A model generated the notes under the pieces. The model did not search any database. It was not told the DNA's origin and saw nothing but the letters and a program-made list of their open reading frames with translations. A program made the position numbers and the translations under genes. Below, piece after piece: positions 39,901 through 47,766 of a stretch of DNA of 64,000 nt (the first letter of the stretch is position 1; each line of letters starts with the position of its first letter). The stretch covers positions 96,001-160,000 of the forward strand of contig JANRKS010000019.1 in NCBI GenBank assembly GCA_033763315.1, given 5' to 3'. The DNA comes from Deltaproteobacteria bacterium (GTDB taxonomy: Bacteria; Myxococcota_A; Polyangia; Fen-1088).

Positions 39901-40321
39901 ATGTGCCTTGCACGCATGAAGCAAACGCATGCGTCACAACACAAATCTTGCCACACGCGCCACAGTTGCCCGGATCCTTCGTGAGATCGAAGCCATTGTC
40001 GATGATGCCATCACAATCGTTGTCGAGGCCGTCGCACAGCTCTCGTTCGATCTTGCACAGGCCGCCGTCGGCCAAAGGTACGAAGCCATCGGGAATTTCG
40101 CGCGCGTCCATGCTGCCCGATCCACCACCACCGCTGCCGCCACCACCGTTGGCGCCACCCGCAAATGGGTTATACCCGCCGTCGGTGTCGCCTGGGTTGG
40201 GTCTGCCGCCGCCGTCGCTCTTGAGATCAAACGTTCGGACTTCGCAGCCACCGAGCGCCAGAGTGGCAAAGGTGCAAACAAACAGGGCTGGCAAAGCCTG
40301 TAGACTCAGAGGTCGCTTCAT
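36989..40321 (-). CDS. Large Cys-rich lipoprotein: MopE-like repeats plus C-terminal FGE/C-type-lectin-fold domain
   Basis: Lipobox LGGC at residue 26; 11 E.CDG.DNDCDG..DE-type repeats, often followed by D..NCG.CG..C modules; IYQYEAS, VFDMSGNVSEW, IRGG.F, GFRCC; ATGA overlap with the upstream gene. Confidence 0.85.
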   Translation of the reverse strand: MKRPLSLQALPALFVCTFATLALGGCEVRTFDLKSDGGGRPNPGDTDGGYNPFAGGANGGGGSGGGGSGSMDAREIPDGFVPLADGGLCKIERELCDGLDNDCDGIIDNGFDLTKDPGNCGACGKICVVTHAFASCVQGTCGVADCLPGWFDVDKKLENGCECLRSNGGVELCDGADNDCDGLVDEDFAFKTDLNNCGVCGKSCDYPNAAATCSDGACQMGACNAGRIDLNKKAEDGCEYECTVSNSGTEICDGQDNDCDGGIDNSPVDQGGACGPDVVNVGVCTRGVLTCTSGRLVCLGAKEPGIEVCDGRDNNCDGSVDEGFNKLSDIRYCGNCEPCSFQNAVPKCVTGMCQLEVCSPGFVDLNTTQGDGCEYQCTFRGQDVCNGADDDCDGMTDEGINKATDPRNCGGCGTICSYANAVGVCSNSQCSLGGCNANFYDIDGNATTGCEYFCVNSGAETCDGVDNDCDGMTDEGFTVATDANNCGQCGRQCQFANAGAMCSNGQCAMGTCSAGYTNANNNTADGCEYQCTPSNGGTEICDGKDNDCDGLIDESDPQDGKNCYPDATVGCDPAAGTCKGICVLGKYKCLGGQLACQNYQTPRPETCDNVDNNCDGTTDDGFDKTSDPRFCGSCGTSCSFSNAVALCQTSQCTLGPCKTGWVNQDGNAANGCEYNCTPTGPEVCDGKDNDCDKLTDEADPDILRPANFCLQLGECGNVAGGAKPQCLSASVGEVPDWICSYNANVQQTAPNEIIGQESWCDGKDNDCDGATDEFVATKGTSCSDSGVGACQRTGTIGCDPADKTAAASCQYSGPAPSASNEVCDGADNDCDGITDEAWDNPSGLTKCGSSDCQGVRDAVVNVNVGGKNYYIYQYEASRQDAKTADVGVLGSRACSKASALPWTSVTYTEAQTACAAAGMRLCRSNRTASACGGNITVDEWGFACEYTRAGAETYPYGTTYQSATCNGLESWSNQANAAASASGAKTACKTADLGSENGEQAVFDMSGNVSEWTEDCPGTLSGRNIYTIRGGDFTSDYYNGISSLRCNFTAVGVPLDYKHPSTGFRCCSVCAPGTSECNGACVNFANNASNCGACGNVCGSGTTCTNGQCK

Positions 40322-43300
40322 CGTGACACCTCCGCCTGCGCGCGGCTTTGTTGGCGCCGTCTTCGTTTCAATCTGAACGCCGCCGCCGCCCCCAAGATCA
40401 CCATCGCCCACGTTCCTCCGGCGGTGGATGTATCCGTGGCCGAACCAATGCGGCAAGTGCAGTTTGTGAGGCCACCACCAGAGGTGGCGATCTTATCGCT
40501 TGGGGGCGCCTCCGTGGGCGGCGTTTGATCAGGTGGCAACACGCACAACGGGAAGCCATCGGTGGTGAGCTCGCAGCGCGTGCCGCCAGGGCATTTCAGA
40601 TCAAGGCATGGATCAATTTGGCATGTGCCCAAGGCCTCAACACACCGCAACCCGGCCATGCATTGAATGATCGCGCATTGGCTCGGCCTGCATACCTTCG
40701 TTGTTGGATCGCAGACCTCGCCGCGTGCACACGCAACGTTCGCGCAGGGATCCGCACCGCAGGTGCCCTCGCGGCACGACTGACCTGCGGGGCAGGTGAT
40801 GCCGAAGCAATCTTTCACGCACTGGCCGGCGCGGCAGTAGGTTTTGTCGCCGCAAACGACGCCCGCGCACTTGTCCACCTCACACACGTGCGCTCGGCAC
40901 AGCTGGCCCGCGGGGCAGCCCAGCGTTTGGCAATCGAAGCACAAGCCGTTGGTGCACACAAAGCCAGGCGCGCAATTGACGCCCAAACAACGATCCACGC
41001 AGTTTCCAGTGCTGTCACACGTGCTGCCCACGGGGCACTTCACGTTGGCGCACACGTTCTTCACGCAGTACCCCTCTTTGCAAAGGCGATCCGCGGTGCA
41101 GCTGAATTCGCCTGTGCCGCAAGGGGGGACGCATTCGCCTTCGATGCATTTATTGTCAGCGGGGCATTCGGCCATGTTGTCGGCCACGCCATCGCAGTTG
41201 TTGTCTTTGCCATCGCACAACTCTGGTTGTGGTCCCACGGCTTCGCGGCATTGCCACCCCCACAGGCCATCTTGACCCTTGGCGCACGCGTATTTGCCGG
41301 CTTTGCACTCACCCACAATCGGCGCTTTGGGATCCAGTCCCTTGGGCACACACTCGGGCCCCGGCGCGGTGAGATCTTCATCGACGCTGCCATCGCAGTC
41401 GTTGTCCAGACCGTCACAGATCTCGGCCGTGGGCTCTTTGGCGGTGCACAAGAGCTTGCCGGCAAAGCATTGTGTGATGCCCACCTTGCATTCGCCCACG
41501 TTGCTGCCGCAAGGCAAACCAACGCCGGGCAGGGGCTTGTCAGTGTCTTCCGTGTCGATCTTGCCATCGCAATCGTTGTCGATGCCATCGCAGATCTCAT
41601 CACTGATGTCAGGGGGCTGCACCGAACAGGTGGTGCCATTGCCACGGCCGTTGCAAATGCGCTTGCCCTTGGCGAAACACTTGCCAGCGGCGCCGTTGTC
41701 ACAGTCTTGGCCCACGTCGAAGTCTTCGTCGGTTTGGCCGTCGCAGTCGTTGTCTTTGGTGTCGCACGTTTCGGCGGCAGGCAGCACGGGGTTTACACAA
41801 CCCAGCGTTGCGCCGTTGGCCTGCGCCTGGCAAATGCGCGCGCCCAAACGACACTCGCCTTGGCAGGTCATCAAAGCCGCGTTGCAACCAACACCGCCCA
41901 CGGGGTAGCACTGGGTGCCCAAGTTTGGATCCGTCTCATCGGTGAAACCGTCGCAGTTGTTGTCTTTGCCGTCGCACAATTCAGGCGTGGGATTGGTGGC
42001 GTTCACGCACTTGATCATGCCGGCCACACACAAGAGCGATCCGGCCTTGCACTCGCCGACGTTGAAGCCGCACGTTTGTCCCGAACCAGGAATGGGGCAC
42101 ATCTTGCTCAGGTTCGCCAAACAGGTGGGATCGCAATCGATGCAGCCGTCGCAGTCGTCATCGACGTTGTTGCACACCTCTTGGCCCGGCAACACGCCGC
42201 CTTCACAGAACGGTTGGCCGCCCACGCATTTCCAAACACCGGGTTTGCAAACGCCCACGGCCGCGCTGCACGCTGTGGGTGTCTTGTATTGGTTCTCGGT
42301 CAGATTGTTGTCAATCAAGCCGTCGCAGTCATTGTCCTTGTTGTCACACACTTCGGGCTTGGGGCCATTGGGCTGCACGCACACCTTAGTGGTGCCTTGG
42401 CATTGGTACTGGCCCAGCTTGCATTCGCCAAGCGCGTTGCCACACGAACCCAACGGCGAATCCACCACGCCGTCGCAATCGTCATCCAAGTTGTTGCACA
42501 CCTCTTCGCTTGGGCCTTGGCCGCCCACGCAAACCACGCCGCCGCTTTGGCATTGATAGGTGCCTGGCCGGCACACGCCCACGCCAGAGATGCCAGCGCC
42601 ACACGCGCTGCCGAGGCCGAATCCCTCGTCGGTCATGCCGTCGCAATCATTGTCGAGGCCATCGCAGGGCACTTCGGTGGCGGGCACCACGGAGCCGCTG
42701 CAGCTTGAAAAAGCGCCGGCGGTGCACACGCGGTTGCCGGGTTGGCAGGCCCCAGCGCAGGTCCACTGGCTGCCGTTGTAACTGCAGCCCGCCGTGGCGG
42801 CGGGATAACACGATTCCCCGAAGCCATCGGTCACACCGTCGCAGTTGTTGTCTTTGTTGTCGCAAACCTCGTCCGTGGGGCCGGTGGCGTTCACGCACGT
42901 GGTGTTGCCCGTCTCACACTTGGTAAGGCCAGCTTTGCATTCGCCGATGTTCAGGCCACACGCGACTTGCGCAATGCCTTCATCCGTTTGACCGTTGCAG
43001 TTGTCATCCTTGTTGTTGCAGATCTCGATCTTCTGAGCGCAGGCACAGTTGAGGCCTTCATCGATCTGTCCGTCGCAATCGTCGTCGGCGCAGTCGGTGG
43101 CCGAAAGGCCCGCTGGGCAGTTGGGGGCGGCGCCACACACTTCCGTCACGGGGGTGCCTTCGGTCAAGCTGTTGCCAGAGCACACCAGCGCTGCGGGATC
43201 CGTGCAACGAACGCCGCTGCCGTCGGGCGAACAAGCGTACACACCTGTGCGCTTACAGCGCCCCAAGCCGACGCTGCAAGTCTTGCCTTTTTGCGTGTAA

Positions 43301-44460
43301 ACGGTGTCTTCGTCGTCGCAGGTGCCATCGCAATCGCATTTGGGCACCACAATCGAACTTGTGATGATGTCGCCCAGCCGCGCCGTGAGCTGGCTGCGAT
43401 CGTTGGCCACCAACGCCGCGGTGGTACCGCCAGCGTTCGCGATGGTGTTCAAGGTGGCATCGTTGACGTTGAAGCCGATGACGTAGGTCTTCACGCCTTT
43501 GGCAGCGAGCGCCGCGGCCGCTTGGCGCGCGCCCTCCGCGCGATCCGCTGCCCGAACGTCACAGCTTTCGATGCCGTCAGTGATAAGGATGACATTGTAG
43601 GAGCGGCAGGAACGTCGAGCATCACGTGAAAGGATGCCCGGCAGCGTTCCTACGCTGGTGGCGGACGTGAGATCCATCCAATGAAGCGCCGCCGTTAGAG
43701 AGCCCGCGATAGGCGTCGAGCCAAGCGCTCTGAGTTCCTTGTTTGTGCCAGCGGGATATGTTTCTTGCCCGTCCATCCACGACAGAAGTTCGTCGTAATT
43801 CGAAGAGGATTCGGGGAATGGCACAACAACGTCCGCACCATCACAGCCCGGATACGCGCAGTCGCTTTTGTTGTCTCCTGCGGTGGGGCATTCAATGCCT
43901 GCGGCGTATGTGTCGACTCGGGTATCAGCGCCATTCGCACAACGAATGCAGCCGTTTGTTGTGGCAGCACCGCCGGCACACTCCTTGTAGCACTGGTACC
44001 AGTTGTTGCATCCTCTGGTGTGTTGAATGGCGCAGTAGCCCTCGGGGCCGCACGTCCATGCCTGATCGATGGGTGCGTACGGATAGTAGTAGCGCCAATC
44101 GCTCATGGCGGTGCCTGAAGGCGGTGCACAGTCGAGATTGGTTGTGCAGGCCTTTTTCCATTCAAAGGTCCGATAGCGGGCCAGTGCGAATTCAGCGACG
44201 CCAAACGCAGATATCGTGTCGCTCAGGGCTTGCTTTGCTTGAAAGAGGCGGCTGTCGTCGTAACTGCTGTTGTTATCCAGATCGCAACCGGGGTGACGAG
44301 ACGAACCATCCCCGTGGGTTTCAATGCCCCCGGAAGTCAGGCTCATCGAGCCCGACGTATCGACGATGATCAAAAACCGCGGTTTGATCGGCGCAGCTTG
44401 TGCTGCCGAGGCGGCGACCAGTACCCACATACCCACTACGTAAGCGAAGAATTTCGTCAT
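40318..44460 (-). CDS. Large Cys-rich surface protein: vWA head, MopE-like repeats, follistatin/EGF-like repeats, MYXO-CTERM-like tail
   Basis: Signal peptide; MIDAS DTSGS, GSTP, LITDG; about 12 CDG.DNDCDG repeats; 8 C....C..G..C repeats; SGGGLTNCTC...WAMVILGAAAAFRLKRRRR. Confidence 0.85.
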   Translation of the reverse strand: MTKFFAYVVGMWVLVAASAAQAAPIKPRFLIIVDTSGSMSLTSGGIETHGDGSSRHPGCDLDNNSSYDDSRLFQAKQALSDTISAFGVAEFALARYRTFEWKKACTTNLDCAPPSGTAMSDWRYYYPYAPIDQAWTCGPEGYCAIQHTRGCNNWYQCYKECAGGAATTNGCIRCANGADTRVDTYAAGIECPTAGDNKSDCAYPGCDGADVVVPFPESSSNYDELLSWMDGQETYPAGTNKELRALGSTPIAGSLTAALHWMDLTSATSVGTLPGILSRDARRSCRSYNVILITDGIESCDVRAADRAEGARQAAAALAAKGVKTYVIGFNVNDATLNTIANAGGTTAALVANDRSQLTARLGDIITSSIVVPKCDCDGTCDDEDTVYTQKGKTCSVGLGRCKRTGVYACSPDGSGVRCTDPAALVCSGNSLTEGTPVTEVCGAAPNCPAGLSATDCADDDCDGQIDEGLNCACAQKIEICNNKDDNCNGQTDEGIAQVACGLNIGECKAGLTKCETGNTTCVNATGPTDEVCDNKDNNCDGVTDGFGESCYPAATAGCSYNGSQWTCAGACQPGNRVCTAGAFSSCSGSVVPATEVPCDGLDNDCDGMTDEGFGLGSACGAGISGVGVCRPGTYQCQSGGVVCVGGQGPSEEVCNNLDDDCDGVVDSPLGSCGNALGECKLGQYQCQGTTKVCVQPNGPKPEVCDNKDNDCDGLIDNNLTENQYKTPTACSAAVGVCKPGVWKCVGGQPFCEGGVLPGQEVCNNVDDDCDGCIDCDPTCLANLSKMCPIPGSGQTCGFNVGECKAGSLLCVAGMIKCVNATNPTPELCDGKDNNCDGFTDETDPNLGTQCYPVGGVGCNAALMTCQGECRLGARICQAQANGATLGCVNPVLPAAETCDTKDNDCDGQTDEDFDVGQDCDNGAAGKCFAKGKRICNGRGNGTTCSVQPPDISDEICDGIDNDCDGKIDTEDTDKPLPGVGLPCGSNVGECKVGITQCFAGKLLCTAKEPTAEICDGLDNDCDGSVDEDLTAPGPECVPKGLDPKAPIVGECKAGKYACAKGQDGLWGWQCREAVGPQPELCDGKDNNCDGVADNMAECPADNKCIEGECVPPCGTGEFSCTADRLCKEGYCVKNVCANVKCPVGSTCDSTGNCVDRCLGVNCAPGFVCTNGLCFDCQTLGCPAGQLCRAHVCEVDKCAGVVCGDKTYCRAGQCVKDCFGITCPAGQSCREGTCGADPCANVACARGEVCDPTTKVCRPSQCAIIQCMAGLRCVEALGTCQIDPCLDLKCPGGTRCELTTDGFPLCVLPPDQTPPTEAPPSDKIATSGGGLTNCTCRIGSATDTSTAGGTWAMVILGAAAAFRLKRRRRQQSRAQAEVSR

Positions 44461-44531
44461 CGGCACGAACCCTGTTAGCAGTGCTCTTTTGCTTCCGGAA
44501 GGTTGCGAAAATCGCAGCCTTGCCGGCGCGC

Positions 44532-44561
44532 AGAATACCGAAGAGGGTTGGCGTATGTAAA
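44532..44561 (-). promoter_or_regulatory. Candidate sigma70-type promoter of the surface-protein operon
   Basis: TTTACA (44561-44556), 18 nt spacer, TATTCT (44537-44532) on the minus strand. Confidence 0.4.
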
Positions 44562-44583
44562 CGGAATCGCGATGGTTTGTGGG

Positions 44584-44624
44584 CAAAACGAAACGGACCT
44601 AACGTGTCTTTCGTGAGGTCCGTT
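44584..44624 (-). terminator. Probable intrinsic terminator of the GGDEF gene
   Basis: AACGGACCT...AGGTCCGTT stem followed by TCGTTTT on the minus strand; a second hairpin GCATCTG-TTGT-CAGATGC lies just upstream. Confidence 0.55.
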
Positions 44625-44676
44625 CGCACCAAGTGTGCGGCATCTGACAACAGATGCTGTTTGCTTACATTGTGAA

Positions 44677-45372
44677 CTAGCGGCGGCGATCGTCAGAACA
44701 AACATCATCCGCGTAGGCGATCGCCTTGAGCGTCCGCCCTGCTTTTTGCCGGCGTTTATCGGCATACATCGCAACATCGGCTGTGCGCACGAGCGCCTCC
44801 GCCAGCAGTCCCGCTTCGGGGCAGCAAGCCGTACCTAAGCTCATGCCTACCGATTCCTTGCGGTGTTTGTTCGCTTCGGCAAGGCCGTCACGCAACCGCG
44901 TTTCAACGATGTGTGCTTGGGCCGAGCCGCAGTCAGGCAAGATCAATCCAAATTCATCACCGCCTAGGCGGCACACGAGATCATGAGCGCGGGTGGTGCT
45001 TTGAAGAAAGCGCGCCACCCATCGCAGCAAGGTGTCACCCGCTGCGTGGCCTTCGCCGTCGTTCACCAGCTTGAGGTCATTCACATCCACCAAGATAAGG
45101 CTGAACGTGTAGTCCAACTTGCGGCGCGCGCGTGAGATCTCCTCGCTGAGGCGCTCGTCGAAATAGCGGCGGTTCCACAAGCCGGTCAGCGGATCGCGGT
45201 AGGCGAGGGCGCGAAACGATTGCAACTCGGCCAACTCCTGCCGCAAAAGCTTGTTCTCCGAAAGCAGGCTTTCGAGCGTCAGTTGCAGGTCGGCGCGGGG
45301 CAAGGCTCCGCGTTCAAAAGCCGTCTCAGAAATGGTTGGAATTTCGATGGTGCTTTCAGCGAGGGCTTTCAT
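44677..45372 (-). CDS. Diguanylate cyclase (coiled coil plus GGDEF)
   Basis: DPLTGLWNRR, DVNDLKLVND..GH.AGD, RAHD (RxxD I-site), RLGGDEF, ADVAMY.DK. Confidence 0.93.
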   Translation of the reverse strand: MKALAESTIEIPTISETAFERGALPRADLQLTLESLLSENKLLRQELAELQSFRALAYRDPLTGLWNRRYFDERLSEEISRARRKLDYTFSLILVDVNDLKLVNDGEGHAAGDTLLRWVARFLQSTTRAHDLVCRLGGDEFGLILPDCGSAQAHIVETRLRDGLAEANKHRKESVGMSLGTACCPEAGLLAEALVRTADVAMYADKRRQKAGRTLKAIAYADDVCSDDRRR

Positions 45373-45404
45373 AAAGTTTCCTTTTCGTGACCGTATTGGA
45401 ATAC

Positions 45405-45421
45405 AGCAAAGCCGATGCCAA
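45405..45421 (-). promoter_or_regulatory. Sigma54 promoter of the GGDEF gene
   Basis: Minus strand TTGGCATCGGCTTTGCT, near-consensus -24/-12, about 30 bp upstream of the ATG. Confidence 0.8.
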
Positions 45422-45576
45422 CTTGCAAAGCGACGTCATTTCGATGGTTTACGCCTTCGGTCTGGCGGGGGTGTCAGATTTATGAATGGTCCTGCGCGTC
45501 AGACGTGACGAAGTCGACACGGTTCTGACGCTGCCTCCCCGCGTGACAGTGCGCGTTGACGCGATACTATCCCCTG

Positions 45577-46068
45577 ATGCAGATCGAACCCGGCAAGGTG
45601 GTCACCCTCAGCTTCGACCTTTGTGACGAACGAGGAGAGATCATCGAGGCCTCCGACATCACAGGTGCCGTCTCCTTCGTTCACGGCAAAGGCGCCATCA
45701 TTCCCGGTTTGGATAAACGCCTCATCGGCATGACCGCGGGCAGTGAAGCCGACTTCACTTTTCCACCCGCCGAAGCGTTCGGCGTTCCCGAAGCGGCGCC
45801 AAAGAAGGTGATCAGCCGCAAGGAATTTCCAGCCGATGCGAAGCTGGCACCGGGTGCCGTTTTCGAGGCTGGCATTCCTGGCGGCCAGAAGATCAACCTT
45901 GTGGTCGATGAGGCTGACTCCGAGCAAGTGACAGTGCGCATGGTGCACCCCTTGGCTGGCCAAACCGTAAGGATGAGCGTGAAGGTTGTGGGCGTTCGTG
46001 ACGCCACGCCGGCCGAGCTTGAGACGGGCAAAGTCATCAAGCGCCCGCCTCCTCCGCCCAAGCGTTAA
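45577..46068 (+). CDS. FKBP-type peptidyl-prolyl isomerase, SlyD-like, without His-rich tail
   Basis: KVVTL.F.L....GEIIE, FVHGKGAIIPGLD..L.GM, PPAEAFG, HPLAGQ. Confidence 0.85.
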   Translation: MQIEPGKVVTLSFDLCDERGEIIEASDITGAVSFVHGKGAIIPGLDKRLIGMTAGSEADFTFPPAEAFGVPEAAPKKVISRKEFPADAKLAPGAVFEAGIPGGQKINLVVDEADSEQVTVRMVHPLAGQTVRMSVKVVGVRDATPAELETGKVIKRPPPPPKR

Positions 46069-47720
46069 AGCCCCGCGCGGCCCAACATGTGGGCCACCCG
46101 TTGATCGATGGTGTGTGACCCCAACACGGCGGCGCGTGTGCGGGTGGCGATTTTTTGTGCAGCGACCGGGTTGCGAAGGTAGTGCTGCGTTTTTTCGGCC
46201 AATTCATCGAACGAGCGGTGGCATTCGATGTCTTCACCGACGCGAAACGCCTGATCGAGCGCGGGCGACCATTCGGCCAACAAGAAGCCACCACACGCAG
46301 CGATGTCGAACACACGCATCGTGACGATGTCGGCTTGGTACACCCGGCCCACATCAACGTTCACAGCGCTGGCGTTGTAGATCTTTGTTATGTCCACCAT
46401 ATGCCCGGCTTGGCCGCGGTAGCTTGCTTGATGACCAGGCGCAACGGCATCCATCAAACGCCAGCCTTCATCGCCCCACACCCACATGCCCATGGGTCCC
46501 AAAGCAGCCATGTATCGCAGGCGCTTTTCGGAGGCGGCTATCTCGGCCGCGGCCTGCACGGCCGTTCCTGATGCGGCGGTGCTGAGGCCAGGGCACACTT
46601 GCTCAAGCGCCGCTGCCACCACCAACTGGTTGGGTGACCTCCTTTGCGCGGCCAGCGCGTGTTCAAGCCACGCCGTGGCTTGCGGCGGGTGGGGATCCTC
46701 GCTTGCCAAGTGGCGCGCCACCACGGCATCGAAGGCGGCCCGAAAGCGCGGGATTTCAAGGCCGATGCTCGATCCCACAAACGTGGGCCGGCCGGCGCCC
46801 CAGTTTTGTTGTTCCGCCGCGTCCATGGTCAAAGGGGCGCGGCGCTGCGGGTTTGCGGCCAAAGGCAGGTACTCCACGTGTTCAAACCCTGCGCGCTTGA
46901 ACAAGTCCACGTGTGCCTCGCGGTAGGTGAACACAAACGTCTGTGACGTGGCTGTTTGGCAAGGCGGCAACGCGCTGGTGCTGGGATCCACCTCCCAACA
47001 CAGCAGGGGCAATTGGCATTGCTCGCAAAATTCGGCCAACCCTTCAGTGTAATTGACGGCCGCCAACAGCCGCGGGCGCGCCGTTTGAACGGCAAAGGCA
47101 ACTTCATCCGTGGCCACCGCGTGCAAGTCGATGATGAACACCGAGAAGCCCCTGTTCCACAGGCTGTGCGCCAAATCGTCCACGAACAGGCCACCCTTAG
47201 CCACGAACGCCAGCTGGTTCATAGGGCTGGTGATCAACTTGCGCTCGTTTTCATAAAGCTGACCCAAGACCGGATGAACCACGAGGGAAGACGTGGCCAA
47301 GGCGGCGCGCTCGGAAATGAGATCCACGCCCATCAGCAGACGCAAGCGGCCCGCGCGCAGCGGCTCAACCAGATCCGCGGTGCCCAAGAACAGCCGCATC
47401 AGCCAGGGATCCCTGTCCCAGGCGTAAACCACGCCACTGTTTTGTTGCAACAGGGCCAACACCAGGTGCGGGTCGCCCAGCCCCAACACGGCAACGCGAG
47501 GTTGCGCCAGGCCCGGTGTCAGCGCTTGCCCGCGGGCTTGGTCGTCAAGCTGCAAAGGCAACCAACGCTGATGCCAGCGGTAGTGCCAGGCGCCGTCCTC
47601 ACCGATGCCCACGTGATCGCCATTGACCGGCCACGTGATTCGTTCGGCCAAGGTCGGCGCCACATGCGCCAGCGCCTGCACGTTCGCCGCTAAATAAGAG
47701 CCTGGGGCCACCACGTTCAT
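46065..47720 (-). CDS. CgeB-like (Glyco_trans_1_2) glycosyltransferase with a Maf-like N-terminal region
   Basis: YLPLAAN, TFVG, IYNASAVNV, TMRVFDIAACGGFLL, HTIDQR; start moved to the ATG at 47720. Confidence 0.75.
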   Translation of the reverse strand: MNVVAPGSYLAANVQALAHVAPTLAERITWPVNGDHVGIGEDGAWHYRWHQRWLPLQLDDQARGQALTPGLAQPRVAVLGLGDPHLVLALLQQNSGVVYAWDRDPWLMRLFLGTADLVEPLRAGRLRLLMGVDLISERAALATSSLVVHPVLGQLYENERKLITSPMNQLAFVAKGGLFVDDLAHSLWNRGFSVFIIDLHAVATDEVAFAVQTARPRLLAAVNYTEGLAEFCEQCQLPLLCWEVDPSTSALPPCQTATSQTFVFTYREAHVDLFKRAGFEHVEYLPLAANPQRRAPLTMDAAEQQNWGAGRPTFVGSSIGLEIPRFRAAFDAVVARHLASEDPHPPQATAWLEHALAAQRRSPNQLVVAAALEQVCPGLSTAASGTAVQAAAEIAASEKRLRYMAALGPMGMWVWGDEGWRLMDAVAPGHQASYRGQAGHMVDITKIYNASAVNVDVGRVYQADIVTMRVFDIAACGGFLLAEWSPALDQAFRVGEDIECHRSFDELAEKTQHYLRNPVAAQKIATRTRAAVLGSHTIDQRVAHMLGRAGL

Positions 47721-47766
47721 CGTTGTCAGTGTGGCGGATTTAGGCAGCTGTGTATACTGCGCGCCT

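Noticed and set aside
40348-42708. 786 aa plus-strand ORF and other long ORFs over the Cys-rich genes
   Set aside because: Antisense or alternate-frame shadows of the repeat-rich minus-strand genes; their periodicity mirrors those repeats
37700-43100. Recurring GCCGTCGCAGTCGTTGTC-like DNA motifs as a possible CRISPR or non-coding repeat array
   Set aside because: They are degenerate, irregularly spaced and encode the DNDCDG protein repeat; no cas genes
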